Below are positions 35,151 to 48,012 of a stretch of 64,000 bases of DNA, in pieces. Both the position numbers and the translations under genes were made by a program. The DNA is from Stylophora pistillata. Its lineage: Eukaryota. The stretch lies in contig NW_019217872.1 of NCBI RefSeq assembly GCF_002571385.2, positions 68,280 to 132,279 of the forward strand, given 5' to 3'. The stretch's first letter is position 1. Each line of letters starts with the position of its first letter. The notes under the pieces are model-generated. The model did no database searches. It was not told the DNA's origin and saw only the letters and a list, made by a program, of their open reading frames with translations.

Positions 35151-35891
35151 AAAGATATTGATACACATTCGCACATAAAAGAAGATAGAAATCCCATCAT
35201 CACTCAAAACGGTTACTCAGAGTTCACTGTATCTCAATCAGAAAATCGTAAAATGACCTTGGTGGATCTTGGAAAACAACAATCCAGAGAAAGAACTACT
35301 AGAAAAGAAGCAGTATCGCTTTCACTCGAAAAACGGAAGCAACTCATGCGAGATGCTAGTGTAACCAAACCAAAATCCAAACCTGCAGACAAAAGAAGAA
35401 GTATTCTACAAATTAAGAGCCGAAATGACGGAAATCTGGTAAAAACCAAAAAGCAAGCCTTTGAGAGGTCCAAAGAGGTTCATTCAGCTTCAGGTAGCTC
35501 TGATGTGAAAACTTCTAAGCAACGGCATTTCCGCTTACTAAGAAGGAGAAGAAAGTCGTTTGAACTCCCAACTGAACCATTAGGGGTTTTAGCTGAAGAT
35601 CAAGAAGAAGTATCTGAAGAGAAGCCAACTGCAAATGGAATGAAAACTCCTGTAAAGGCCAACAACAGTTGGAGGGACGGCCGCATTAACAACGGCGAGA
35701 TCACAGAACTAAAAAACTCTATCGGAGAAAAAGCTGAGAAAGTCGAGAAAGAGAAGAGTCATTCCCCTGCCAAAATAAGCCCATTTCAGTCGCTTTTAAT
35801 TAAACGAAAAGGTTCTTACGATTTAGAAAAAAGAGCAAGCCTAGAAGGCATCGTGAAATCACCTCAAAAAAATTCAGGGGAAAAGGAATGA
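35151..35891 (+). CDS. In-frame continuation of the MICAL-like terminal exon beyond a single TAG
   Basis: ORF 35253-35891 is in the same frame as 32622-35150, and 35151-35252 has no stop. Confidence 0.55.
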   Translation, partial: KDIDTHSHIKEDRNPIITQNGYSEFTVSQSENRKMTLVDLGKQQSRERTTRKEAVSLSLEKRKQLMRDASVTKPKSKPADKRRSILQIKSRNDGNLVKTKKQAFERSKEVHSASGSSDVKTSKQRHFRLLRRRRKSFELPTEPLGVLAEDQEEVSEEKPTANGMKTPVKANNSWRDGRINNGEITELKNSIGEKAEKVEKEKSHSPAKISPFQSLLIKRKGSYDLEKRASLEGIVKSPQKNSGEKE

Positions 35892-36331
35892 GAGGACCAA
35901 GATTCTCAAACATATTGATCAGTTAGATTTTTCTCGGAAATGATAAAGAAGTCAAATACATTTTTCCTATCTGAGAAGAGAATGCCAATTTTACCTTCCG
36001 TCAGTTTTAAGTTGTAGCAACTTAATTGCAAGAAATTCAACAAAATAATTAAAATTAATAGATCTTATATCCTCCGAGTTAAATCGCAGCCCTACTTCTT
36101 TGTCTAAGACAGACTTTACCAAAGAACGATTGAATGTTTTGACAAAGACATCTTGAGATAAGTGAGAAGAACATTTTATTCAAAGTGAATTTTTATGTTT
36201 TCCATTAATTGCAGTTTTCTTAAAAAATTTTAACGCAATAAATTTCTACCAAAACGCCGCCATTAATTTTTCTTGTGTTTCTCTCGTGTTCTCCTGGATA
36301 CGTGAAAAGATGATTTCAAAATATGAATTTA

Positions 36332-36370
36332 TAAGACATGTTTCCGTCGTTCAACGACCATCTTCAGTTG
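36332..36370 (-). ncRNA. Degenerate minimal hammerhead motif
   Basis: Minus strand: CTGAAGA-TG-GTCGT TGA ACGAC-G-GAAAC-AT-GTC. The stem II closing pair is mismatched. Confidence 0.5.
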
Positions 36371-37969
36371 AGAGTGGAACTGATTTGAAGTTATATTTGA
36401 ATTTATAATATAGACTGAAGAGAAGAAATATTGCAGCCAGCTTCGACTTTTTTATAGAAAAATGGTGTATAAAGGAAAATAAAACGGAAAAGTTTAGTGA
36501 TAATTATAATCATCACGATAATTATCATTTTTAGGTGTTATTTTGACCAAAAGACAGAGCAGTTTAGCAGGAAGGGGATTATACAGTTTCACTATCAAAT
36601 CTCCCAGATTATCGACGATTTCCTGGATACGTAATTTTGCGGAATACTGAACAAACTTCCGGTCTCCTACATAGTTCGCTAATCTCTTGATGTGAATTGG
36701 ATTTTTTACCTTCAAACAGGGGAAATACATCAATCATGAAAATGAGCTTTTCTCTTCAAAGTTAATGTTCTTTTAGGTGGATTAATTTTGGAAATTTTTC
36801 ATCGGTGTTGAGTGGAACTTGATAAGTTCAACAAGAAACGGTAATAAAAGAATGGCCACTGATGCATCAGATCAGATGCATATACCTCGTTTCTTTGTAT
36901 TCTGAGCAAAAGACGTCTGACACGCTAACACTCTGTTCCGATTTGTTTTTAATAATTTCTCAGAAACCTTTCCTATTGGCCCAAGAAAACTGATGCCGCT
37001 ATGTAACGTCAGTCGCGTGTTTATGTGACGTGGTTAAAATTACATCAGATGATATGTTTTGGATGACACGCAGTTCCTTTCATTCTTAAACGTTGTTTTT
37101 ACGCGTTTGCGATTGCAAGTTTCATTGTTTTTATTCCTTACTACGTTATTGTTTTGTAATCTCCTTTAAATGTAAGACAACAGCGCCGAGCAGAAACCTT
37201 TGACATAACTCAAAATCATTCTGCACTCGATATGTAACGGATGAATAAATATCCACCGATGGAGGTTCTGGTATGAAAAGCGCTTTTCTATGAGCATGGT
37301 AGTTACATAATATCATTAGATTTCGTTGAATTTCCTTCTTCACAGCTTAAACTGTAACGCACAGCTTTTCAGTTCCTTTTATTCCGGGAAGATTAGGAAG
37401 TTGGCTCGGGCCAACATCTGCCTGTCAATCAATTTAATTTCTTCCTCATATTTTGTATAATCTCAGTCAGCGGGCACATCAAACTCAGTTGAAACATGTT
37501 TTAAGATCTTCTACTTCTTGAAGTAGTCCTTCTCTGCAGTTCGTATAATTCCACTTCGAAACTGTGGATGTTATTGTTTACTCTCGTCTGCATGTGGTTC
37601 TTACTGTGTTTTTACCAAAACAGTTAACTCTTTTACAATCAGAGTTATTAGTGAGTCCATGGTTCATTCATTGCCGGAAGTTTTTAAACCAAGGTAAATC
37701 GCCCGTCAGCCACGTGCAGTCCACCAGATTGACTGAGGAATGTTACGGATTTTTTAAAGATAATTCCATGTGTCTTAATTAAACGCGTAAATTATGTATT
37801 GATAGGCTCGGATATCTTATGGTTTGACATAATGAAGTTGGTCTACCACAAACCAAACAGGAAAATTTTTTGGAATGATAGTAAAGAAAGCAGAACTTTA
37901 AGCTCAAGCGGAGCATAATTGGCAATGAAAAAGTTTTCCGCTCTCGAGGTTGATTTTGCTGATGGGAAT

Positions 37970-38338
37970 GTATTTATTTACGAATATGTATGTATTTACG
38001 AATATTTATACAGGGTAGCCCTGTTTAGCAGATAGCTAGTTTAAATGGGGCCCTGTGAACACCCATCCATCCCACCCCAGGGGAGGACATCCACCACACA
38101 GCAATCTGATGCGTGGGAAATTAACGTCTCCTACCCCTAACCCTGCAGGAGACAGGGCCTAGGGTATATTGGTCCTTATCCGAGAAGACTAGATTTTCTA
38201 TCCATCTCTTGATATTATAGAAAGGTAGGAAATTCTCTTCAGTTATTTTTAGACCATGAGTATTGGTCGGGCCAGAACTCGAACCCTCGACCTCCTGCAC
38301 AACACACTCCGGCGCTCTAACCAAGTGAGCTAACCGGG
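37970..38338 (-). mobile_element. tRNA-derived SINE
   Basis: Same head and core as 32083-32468, with a different 3' tail. Confidence 0.8.
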
Positions 38339-41300
38339 GGACGGGAAGGGAGGAGGAGGTGGGGCGCTGATAGTCTCTCTCAGAAAACTAATTTCTCAGA
38401 ATCGATTTTACCTTTACCAGCAAGGGCTCAACAAAACCGCCAAGTACCCTCTATTTTATAACTTACACCAACAGATTATTTTCACGTAATGAATTTCCAC
38501 TAGTTTTCAAGTCTCCACTGCATTGAATAACCTTCCCCTTCCCTCCGTGCCCCCAAATTTTGCCACCCGTCCCAGCTTCGAGCTGATCAGCCACCCCAGT
38601 CCCTCTTGCGTGACTTCGTTGACGCATGGTCCCAAACAAACAGTACCCGTCCGGTATGCTTCTATTTATAGCATAAACTCGGTGACTCAAAACGGCATGT
38701 CTCTTTGTATTGTGTGTCTGTGAGCAGCCTCGAAGTTCCACGCACGCAGATTCGCCCAAAAATACCCACTTTTGGTGAGTAGCTTTTAAAATATACTTCT
38801 TCAATAATTCAAGGCGGCTTATTAATATTTGAACATGGGACTGATTCTGTTCCATACTAGATTCGCTTGCGAACCGAGCAGGACTTTATTTCCGCTGAAA
38901 CCGGAGAATGAGATCGTGTCTTTGTTTAGTGTTTACCGAATGATTCTCGTTTGAAGCTTCTCCATTTCTAAAAACTGCTTCTTGTTCTTTGTCTTTTCTG
39001 ATATCATAACATCAGCCAGTTTACCAATTGAGTTCTTCAGTTGGTTCTAGTATGGCGCTGTTTCGTGTTTTCGGATAACAGGCCAGCATCACGGAATCAC
39101 ATTCCGCTACTACGAAGAAATTAAGCGAGTTCTTAATTTGGACACAGTTCTTTAACCTTTGTCATCTTTTCCCATTACAAGGATAACATTTTCTCTAGGT
39201 GAAACCTTTAGATAATGAAACAAAGTGTGTCTTAAATATTTTGCGCCACGATGAGTATCTATTTGTCTTCAGGCGAATCCATGCGTATTTTTTTTTTTTT
39301 TTTTCAACATTCCACATAAACCAGCTTACAGTAAGACCAAGGCCACTCTCCGCGTGTCGCCGTAGTGGATGTAAAATAACAGCGCAATTTTGTCGCAACT
39401 GTAATTTAGCAGGCAATTACTGATTCATTTGAAGCAGAGTATTTTGAAGCGTGATTTGAATTTCGTAATTAATCGCGCTTTAGGGCTGGTATCGAAGATA
39501 AACGACATATCGCTCCGCTGGACTTTGTGGCGTTCAGTTGCACAATAACAGCAGATTGTTATTTGCGTAATGGACAATATAATTGTTTTGGGATGTTACG
39601 TTGTGTCGCAATGTTCGCTAGCTTTGTTTATATTAAGACAGCTTTGGTTTAACACATCTTGGCTGCCATTTTGTTGTTTTTATCGATTCGCTTACACGGT
39701 GTGAATTCAAGATGAGTCAGCTTTTCTGTTTCATCAGCCATGCGTCAGTCATGTGGACACTATATTCTGATTGCACGTCAAACGCTAATCATGAATAAAG
39801 AGTTGCCCTCGACGACAGACATGGTTTCCGGTGAATTAGTCACGGTCTTAATTAGCGATAAAATTTAAGGGTAGTCTGTTGCTCAGAGAAATCCTTACTC
39901 TTTCGATCTAGTTGCCAATCCTATCTTATTTTAACAGAAAAATTAGAGGTGAGACCTGAAGCACCAGAAAATACAGCTAGGTTTTCATCACATTTCTNNN
40001 NNNNNTCTATGCTCTGTGTCACGCATCAAATGTATTACTACATGGAGTTAGGAGGCGTGTCATTCCTTGAAGGTAGGTTTCTGTTCTTTAATCGCTTTTT
40101 TTCAACACGCAGCACTTTTAGTTTCCATAAACGGTGTCTGGAACTACCTATTGTTAGCTTGATTTACATAAAAAAAGTTTTAGAATATACCAGATTGATT
40201 TGATCAGGAGGTTGTGTTGTTCGTTCCATACTGATTATGTTGAAATACCTCAAATGTGGAATGAACACAAAAATCGAGATCTCGTTTTAAAACCGGACAG
40301 GTTGGAAATTGGGACGCGAGAACAAACTTCCATTAAGGTTGGTAAAGCGATTTCACAAATGGATTTTTTTAATTTTTCGAATACCTCAGATTCAGATGGT
40401 ATTTAGTATATCGAAGGTTAGTTAACAAAACCTTGGCAGAAGATGTTTTGAGTTCAGTCTCCAGGCTGAAGGCACGGAATCACATTCCTGAAGTAAGGGA
40501 TCGAGGAGCTCAAAACAATGCTCTGGAATCAAGAACTCTTCAATTGTAGTTATAGTTGTCATTTAAAAGTTGTCTTCTCGCCTTGGGTTTGTGACTAGCG
40601 CATGTTGTTTTATTATCATGTAAAATATGCAAAATATTGATGTGCCTGAATGCTAATTCCACGTGGATGTGAATAATCATGTCTGTGTTTAGTTTACACA
40701 ATAATGTCGTTGTTGTGCAATCACGTTTTATTTTCTCACCGGATTTTAAGACCGGATTGCTCAAGTAAAGCTGTAATTGGACAAATTCCTTGGTTTCTGA
40801 AAGCGACAGATTTACCTGTGAAATTATCAGCACGTGAGAGATAAATGACGCGGCTGAATTTTGGGTTCGAACGTGCTTTTGTGAATGCATGAATTAAACA
40901 AAGGCGTGTTTCCACTTGAAGCATATCTTTTAATAACTTCTACGTCTTCTACGGAGGACGTACAAGTGTTGTGTTAGTCGATCTTAAAAGCTGGAATTTC
41001 CAAAGTTAACTTATATTTTGATTTTAATCGAAGCAACGAGAATACACTTTATGCCCCCTCTCGAGTTTCTTTTGACCCGGAATTTTATGGGATTATTTGG
41101 ATTAGCCGGAATAAAAAATGTCATAGATTTCATTTTCGAAAAGAAAGGAAAAATCTCGAGTCGGAGCTTACGTGTTGCGATCTGAAGAATTTACATAGCG
41201 GAATTGGTAATTATTTTAATTTAAACACAGCTGGAAGTTGAGAAATACGTCATGCCAAGTTCCGTGTTCGTTGTTATGTTTCTCAGTGACGGTCTCAATT

Positions 41301-43223
41301 ATTAACTTTTAGTGAAAACTCAGTTGTGAGTATTTCCCTGTACTATGCAGAGCAGAATATGCGTTGTGCGATTAATTTACTGGTGTGTGATCGTATTAAA
41401 TATGTGACCGCAGAGCGGAACTCATATTACAACTGACACTGTGTGCCCAGATTTAACACTGGTTTCTACAGGTCACTTCGCACTTACCTCACATCACCAA
41501 AGCGTTAACAAGGAGGTCACGTAATTATGCAGACTGGAAATCGTCAGTCAGTTATTTTGATCGGAGGTTTCAACGAGATTGCATTTAATTTATCTTTCAC
41601 TGTAACTTAAAAGAGTCCTAGTCTCCGCTGCTTGTCGCTCATATAAAATTCAGTATAAAGTTGTTTCTTTAAGTTGACAAGATGTCTACAATAATTATTG
41701 ATTTGAGATATATAACCCGGATTAAACAGGTCACAAAAATATAAGGAAAGACCGAAAATTCACAGTGAAATTTGCATAATTGGCTGTGTGATTTTAAACA
41801 AAGCTATTGCGCCAAATGTCACACACAGACGATAGAAGCTTAATAACTTCAAAGAGATTAAAAATCCATGCAACTGAAAACACGTTAGCGTTGAAAACGA
41901 AGAACGCATCATATATTTACATCACCATGTTACTTTCATTTTCATCATTTTTTCGCCGTAACCAAAGAAAATGCGTGTTGATGGTAAAGAGAAGACATAA
42001 CCGCGAGACAGCAACAAGTGTTAGGAATGTTTACATTTTCACGGTCAGGAGTTTCTATTTACAGGTAAAATACTCATTCTTGGAAAGAGTGCCAGTATAT
42101 TTCTCAAAACACAGTCAGGGGGATGGGGAAGTCAGTCTTGAACCGGAAATGGCCGTCGTTGTTGTGGACAAGTTTATCAACTTACAGGAAATAAGAAAAT
42201 AGACTTTGTGATTTCTTTTGTTTCTACTTATGTAAATATTAGTCACAAGCGTGGGGAAAATCTAAAAATCCCACGAGGATTCGAAACTCAGACCTGATTT
42301 CGCGTAGGATGCTCTATCAACTGAGATATAGAGAACTTATCATTAAGCTAGAGCTGTGTTAGGTTCGATTGTGTTAAGCAGCTGGCATACTGCTACGACT
42401 AGCATGGCAACTTGGCAAGTGCGAAACAGACCTGTGAGGAGATAGAATAGAAAAGAAAGTAAATTTTGAGCTCAGTCGTAGACGTAAATTGACCGACTTT
42501 TGATTTATTCCTTCAACTTCAAAGCCTAAGTTACAATGAAAGCTTCTTGTTCCTTATTCGGTTATTCGTTAATCGAAATCGGTAAAGTTGGCTCGCGTTC
42601 AGAAGATCTCAGTACATCAAAAGAGGGGCACTAAGGCTTATTGAATAGCGTAGACGTCTCGAATTTTTTCCTCTCAGCGCATAGGAATGGATCACCTATA
42701 TATGTCATGTAAGGTAGAAGACAAAAGGTGATCATGTTTATATCTCAAGGGTGACCCTTCGCTCTCGCGCTTCCGGCTAAAAGCTGAAAGGATATCTTTA
42801 TATTATTGCGACGAAACGGAAAAAAAGATCGATACTACTGTATTGGCTTCTACTAAAATGAACAATTGCTTGAGATAACACACTCGAAAATGAAAACATT
42901 ATTTACGTCCAAAGTCAATATTTCGATTTTCAATGGCCAAGAATGGGCTTCAGTTTTCTTGCTAGTGAAGCGAAATGACTCAACGATTGTAAGAGCAAAC
43001 CTTGATTGTAAGTTACACGCAAGGCTAGTTGTTTTGGATACTGGAAGTTTAGTGATCATTTGTTTCTGTCAACTTCTTGTTTTCTTTCCAGTTGGAACTG
43101 TGATAACCACCGCCCAAAACAACTCTGCAAAGAGCTATGCCGGATTGTTGGCTGCATCCAGCAAGTTAAGTGTTCACGTTTCTTTGTCACTTTGAGGAAA
43201 ATACTGAACTGTACTTGACTGAT

Positions 43224-46200
43224 ATGTACTCACTACACGACATCACAAGTGTTTGTCCAAAATTGGAGCCGCTGGCTTCTGATGAACCTTGCTGTCGCGA
43301 AGAAGAAAGTTTAAGATTGATGAATCATGCTAATGAACAGATGGACACACTTGTACGCGTTTCTGCTGAAAACAAAAACAGTTTAATGATGGAATCGAGC
43401 CAGTTGGATGTGTATGGAAAGACACCTTGTGTGGGAATGAGTGGCTACGAGGGAATGACGACCAACAACGCGATCGCTTACGAAGTGAAATCGATGGCAA
43501 CCGTCGTGAAAACTCTGCACGGTAATGCCTACCATGCGAATGCTTCCGGTCAAATGTCGTATGCAACGGTCAAGATTCCTTACGAAATCAAATCGATTGG
43601 AACTATCGAGAAACCGATTCCTTTTGGAAGCAAGCCAAATGGAATAGAGAAATCGCGGCCAGATGAAGCTTACCATTCAAACACTTGTGGGCAAGTATCT
43701 AACGGGGCGATAAAGATTCCCTACGAAATCAAATCGATTGGCACTATCGAGAAGCCACTTCTGTCAGGGGAGTCGTATCCCACGAGTGTCTCCGAGGAGT
43801 TGCCCCATGGAAAGATTTTGAACGTGTATACGGTTCCAGTTTACGAAAACGGTGGTAGCCATGAAGTTTACTATTATCCCATGGAAAACGATACTCAAGA
43901 AGGAGGAGCAATTTCACAGACCTCCCAAGCTGGCACTCCTGTTAGTTATGTTTATGACAGTGGCTATGACCCCTGCGAAAGAACCCAGAGCAAACCAGAA
44001 GCGACACCTTCGTCCGCAGGTCTGACCGCCTGCCAGTCGAGTGCTTACGGGACAATACCACTCAATCAATTGGGTCCTGATAGATTGTCACAACCGTACG
44101 ATATGCTTAGTCAAGAAAAGGCGCTAGGTCTCCAAAAGAATACTTTCAGGGGTACCCACAGGGCCTTGACATCGTATGAGATCGGAGCTCAGCCAAGACC
44201 CAGTTGTAATTGTTCTTGCCATCATTCTGATCCAGGTTCCTCTCATTTTCCCGCCTTTGGTTTGAGAAATGAACGTCCTTCTGTTATTATGGTTCCTGCA
44301 ACCTGGAATGGTGATGTCATGGACGATGCTGCTGGCAAGGTGAGCTGTGCCCTAATTGGGTCTTTATGTTTTTCTTTTAAATGTTTTGTTTTGCCGCCGT
44401 TATCCCAGTAAACTTTGAAATATCCTTACTAAATGCAATGTACTGTTGTGATCTAAGTTTTTTTTTCCATCTAATAGATTTGATTTTTGTTGTTGCCTTT
44501 TCTTAGTGGTAACAACAACAATAACAGAAACTGTAATCACAACAATAACAGCGATAACAATACAAACACAACATCAAGAACAACAACAACAACAACAACA
44601 ATAATAATAATAGTAATAATAATATTATTAGCAATGATAATGATGATAACTAGAAATGATACTATTCATGGCAAAAAATTGACCGGAAATCATTTTTCAA
44701 ACAGTTTGAATCCGCCTCCCATGGGATCCGACAAGATCTGCAGCATAAAGAATATCACGAATTGGTAAGTTTTACAGTTGCATAGTCGATAAAAATAATA
44801 CGCCATTTTACAGTTGCCAAGCATTTGATTTGGAGTGAGGTTGAAGGTGACCTTGTTGTGATAAAAACCGCTATCTAGTTGGCATGATAACAAAGTAATT
44901 CACATTTAGAAAGCAGCAAAGGTTGTATCATAATAAGGTCACCCTTAGCCTCACTCCTGTTCAAAGGCTTGGCAACCAAGCAGACAACTGTAAAATGGAC
45001 TATTGCAGGCTTAGCCTGCAGAGCAGGCGTAATTTGGGCGAGCAAGTGCTCGGTATTTTCTTAGCAAAATATGGCCGCCATCTTTGATTTTAATGGCAGC
45101 GGAAGGCTGGGGAGACAAAAACATTTGTATTAAGGGGGTGAGTGAAAAAATGGAGGGGGCTGGGGGGGTCTTCTCGCCCCTTCCCGCCCCCCTTCTCCTA
45201 CCCTCGATTCTGACACCAAATTAACCATGGCTGCTTAAATAAACGATCGCGCGCTTCTTAATGTTAACTGGCCCTATTAAGACGCTTGCACTGCAGACTA
45301 TTGAGGCGTGAGTAGTCCAGTGGTCAATGCGCTGGACTCTGGGTCGGTTGGCCCGGGTTCAAGTCCTGGCTGGGGCATGATGTTGTGTCCTTAAGCAAGA
45401 CGCTTCACTCACATTGCTTCTTCTTCTCGGATAAGACGTAAAGCCGTAGGTCCCGTTTCCTGCAGGGTCAGGGGCAGGAGACGTAATTTTACCGTGCACG
45501 AGATTACTGTGTAATGGATATCCTCCCCGGGGTGGGATGGGTAGGAAGGTGAGATCGCTACATGGACTGAAGCGGCTGCCAGAGGCGCCTGATAAAAATG
45601 CTGACGTCCGGTCTCAACCTTACGATACTGTTAAGAGCGACTGAATATATCCATGTAGAAGTCGGCGCTATATAAATGTAAAAATGTAAATGTATGAAAA
45701 TGTATTGCAGGCTTTAGTAAACTTGGTTTGTCGATGGTTTTTACAGGAGGATTCTGACTCATCCGATGATGGTGATGAAGATGGTAAGCATGAAAAGTAT
45801 TTCCGCAAGAACATCGACGGAACTACGGCGAGATTTAAGCTGTCCAAAGAAGACTGGAAGAGGATTCCAATCAACACATTCCCCAGCGGTGGCAGATTGT
45901 TGAGTGGCGACTGGACACGGATCTTCCTCAGCAAAGTCAAAGAAAGCAACCCATGGTGTAGCTTGCGCTTTAAGAATAATCACGTGAGATCAGAAAACTC
46001 TCGCAAAATCCACTCAGCGGTATTCTTCAGAGGAGGCGCGGAATGTAAGCGACCAGAATGCAACGTGAAGGTGCGATTCGTCATCCGGAAAGAAAGAGGA
46101 AAACACGTGGAGGTGACGTATGTTGGAAACGTTTGTCACAACAGTCAGCCAGGCGGTGGTGACGTCATAACTGACAAGAGAAAGAAGCGTTGTGTTCGCC

Positions 46201-46232
46201 GGCCAAGGTTTACGTCCAGTTTGGATGAGTGA
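43224..46232 (+). CDS. Orphan protein (~533 aa): low-complexity N-terminus with internal repeats plus a C-terminal WRKY/GCM1-like (MULE/NOF-type) Zn-binding domain and a basic NLS
   Basis: Exons 43224-44339 and 45747-46232, phase 0, GT-AG. C-terminal W...NPWCSLRF...FFRGGAECKRPECNV...VEVTYVGNVCH, then KRKKR. Confidence 0.65.
44510..44650. repeat. (AAC)n/(AAT)n simple repeat
   Basis: Directly visible. Confidence 0.9.
44797..45004. mobile_element. MITE with AATA(G/C)GCCATTTTACAGTTG TIR; partial copy at 55972-56140
   Basis: Terminal inverted repeats and a second homologous copy in the window. Confidence 0.75.
45012..45300. mobile_element. MITE with TAGCCTGCAG-type 19-bp TIR
   Basis: TAGCCTGCAGAGCAGGCGT / ACGCTTGCACTGCAGACTA (3 mismatches). 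Confidence 0.65.
45302..45693 (+). mobile_element. tRNA-derived SINE (different head, shared core), (AAATGT)n tail
   Basis: TAGTCCAGTGG A-box-like and GGTTCAAGTCC B box. The core is the reverse complement of the 32190-32290 core. Confidence 0.8.
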
Positions 46233-47500
46233 ACTTTACTTTCAAAACGAAACAATAACCATTAAAAAGTGAGTAATACTATCATTGCTTAAGAGGCGGA
46301 TATGCTGCATCCGCAGGCATTTAAAACATTGCAGTAATTGTTATCTAGAAGTTTGCGATGGGATATAAGTCGCTCTGATAAATTTTAGAGAGCTGATGTT
46401 TCAAAGAAGAGCCGATACTTCGAAGAACATTTAATGATCGAAGCGTTATATCTACCTTTATCGTCTCCTAATCTACAAGAAAATAAGCGCTGGCCGAACT
46501 GTTGTTTAAAATGTCTTCCCATCCAGCACTAGTCCGTCTAAAATTAAAATATAAAAGGAAAAAAAGGAAATCCTTAGTAATGAAACTTTTTAAAGAACGC
46601 TAGTTTTAAAAGGCGCTATTGTGTACTAGGAAAAACTAAACAAAGTATCTACAATCAAAGAAACTTTATTTATTTCCAAAATTTAATATTTTTCTAAACA
46701 AACTTTTTACATTTAGATTATTTTGTCGACCGTACGTTTAATTGATTGATATCAGATGTCCGTAGTTTCATAGATATGACAGATATATTTTATACCTTCG
46801 GCCGTTAGAATAGTTTTACAACTGAATCTGGCTATTTTAGGGTAACGTCTGTATGAATTTCCAGCAAAGTTTTAGAGGTCAAGCTAGTTTGTAATAGCTG
46901 CGTAGAGAATAATTGTAAATCATTAAATTCATATTTCATACAGGTTTGAAAGAGTGAATCATAAGCAAAAAAAACATTTTATGCCAACCAGGAGCAATGC
47001 CAGTCTACAGACCTACAAAAAGTCGAAAAGCTGGCTAAGCCCCTTACCAACGTTAGCCAAGTTTAGATTACGTCGAACTACAGAAAGTATCACTTATGTG
47101 GCATCACTAAATTAGATTGGATTGTCGATGTACTGATTGGTGAATGCCAGTAGCTTGTGACGAATTTGTTTAAATGGTGAAGTGATGTCCTTCATCTCTA
47201 GCCATGTCTAAGTTATTACAAACGTTTTATTCTTTATCAGCAGTGTTTTTCCAACTGTTGAGTTACTTAGATGCACGCAAATACATTTAGCTTATTTGGC
47301 TTGAGTTTAATTTTACCAATTTGCCTTTAATGAACCTCGGGTAGCATCGTTGTTAAAGTAGTTTTAAACTTCTAGGAGTACTTAATTCGACATTTGTATG
47401 GCCACGTGCACGTAAATGCGTTTAAGGTGAGAAATTAGTCTGAATTCTGTTAGGTTAGAAAAATGGGCTTTTGACGACTAACCTTAATTATTTTTAACCT

Positions 47501-48012
47501 TAATGATTTTTATTCGAAAATGTGTGTATTGGTTCCCTTACATTTGTAACAAACAAATTAAAAGATAACATGATGTTCGCAGCACTGTTTGCACTAGCTG
47601 TTTGCACTGATCGCACCAAGTTAAGTATAGGATAAAATAAGTATGATTTTACATGTGCTGAGTAGGATGTTGTGTTCACAGGTTTATATAACTCCGTCAA
47701 AGAGTTATAATTAGATAACGTCGTTGGTGATTAGGTTGTTAAACCCTTCTTTTGAATATCGTTTATCCATTTATATTGCAATATACACGCAAATGCATTT
47801 AATTGTAATGATTTTTATTCGAAAATGTGTTTATTGGTTCCCTTACATTTGTAACAAACAAATTAAAAGATAACATGATGTTCGCAGCACTGTTTGCACT
47901 AGCTGTTTGCACTGATCGCACCAAGTTAAGTATAGGATAAAATAAGTATGATTTTACATGTGCTGAGTAGGATGTTGTGTTCACAGGTTTATATAACTCC
48001 GTCAAAGAGTTA
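47501..48012. repeat. 207-bp direct repeat (47501-47707, 47806-48012)
   Basis: One mismatch seen; 98-bp spacer. Confidence 0.9.

Noticed and set aside
42270-42400. tRNA-like boxes (also ~13700, ~51400, ~62225) as tRNA genes
   Set aside because: Too degraded to fold; remnants of tRNA-related repeats.
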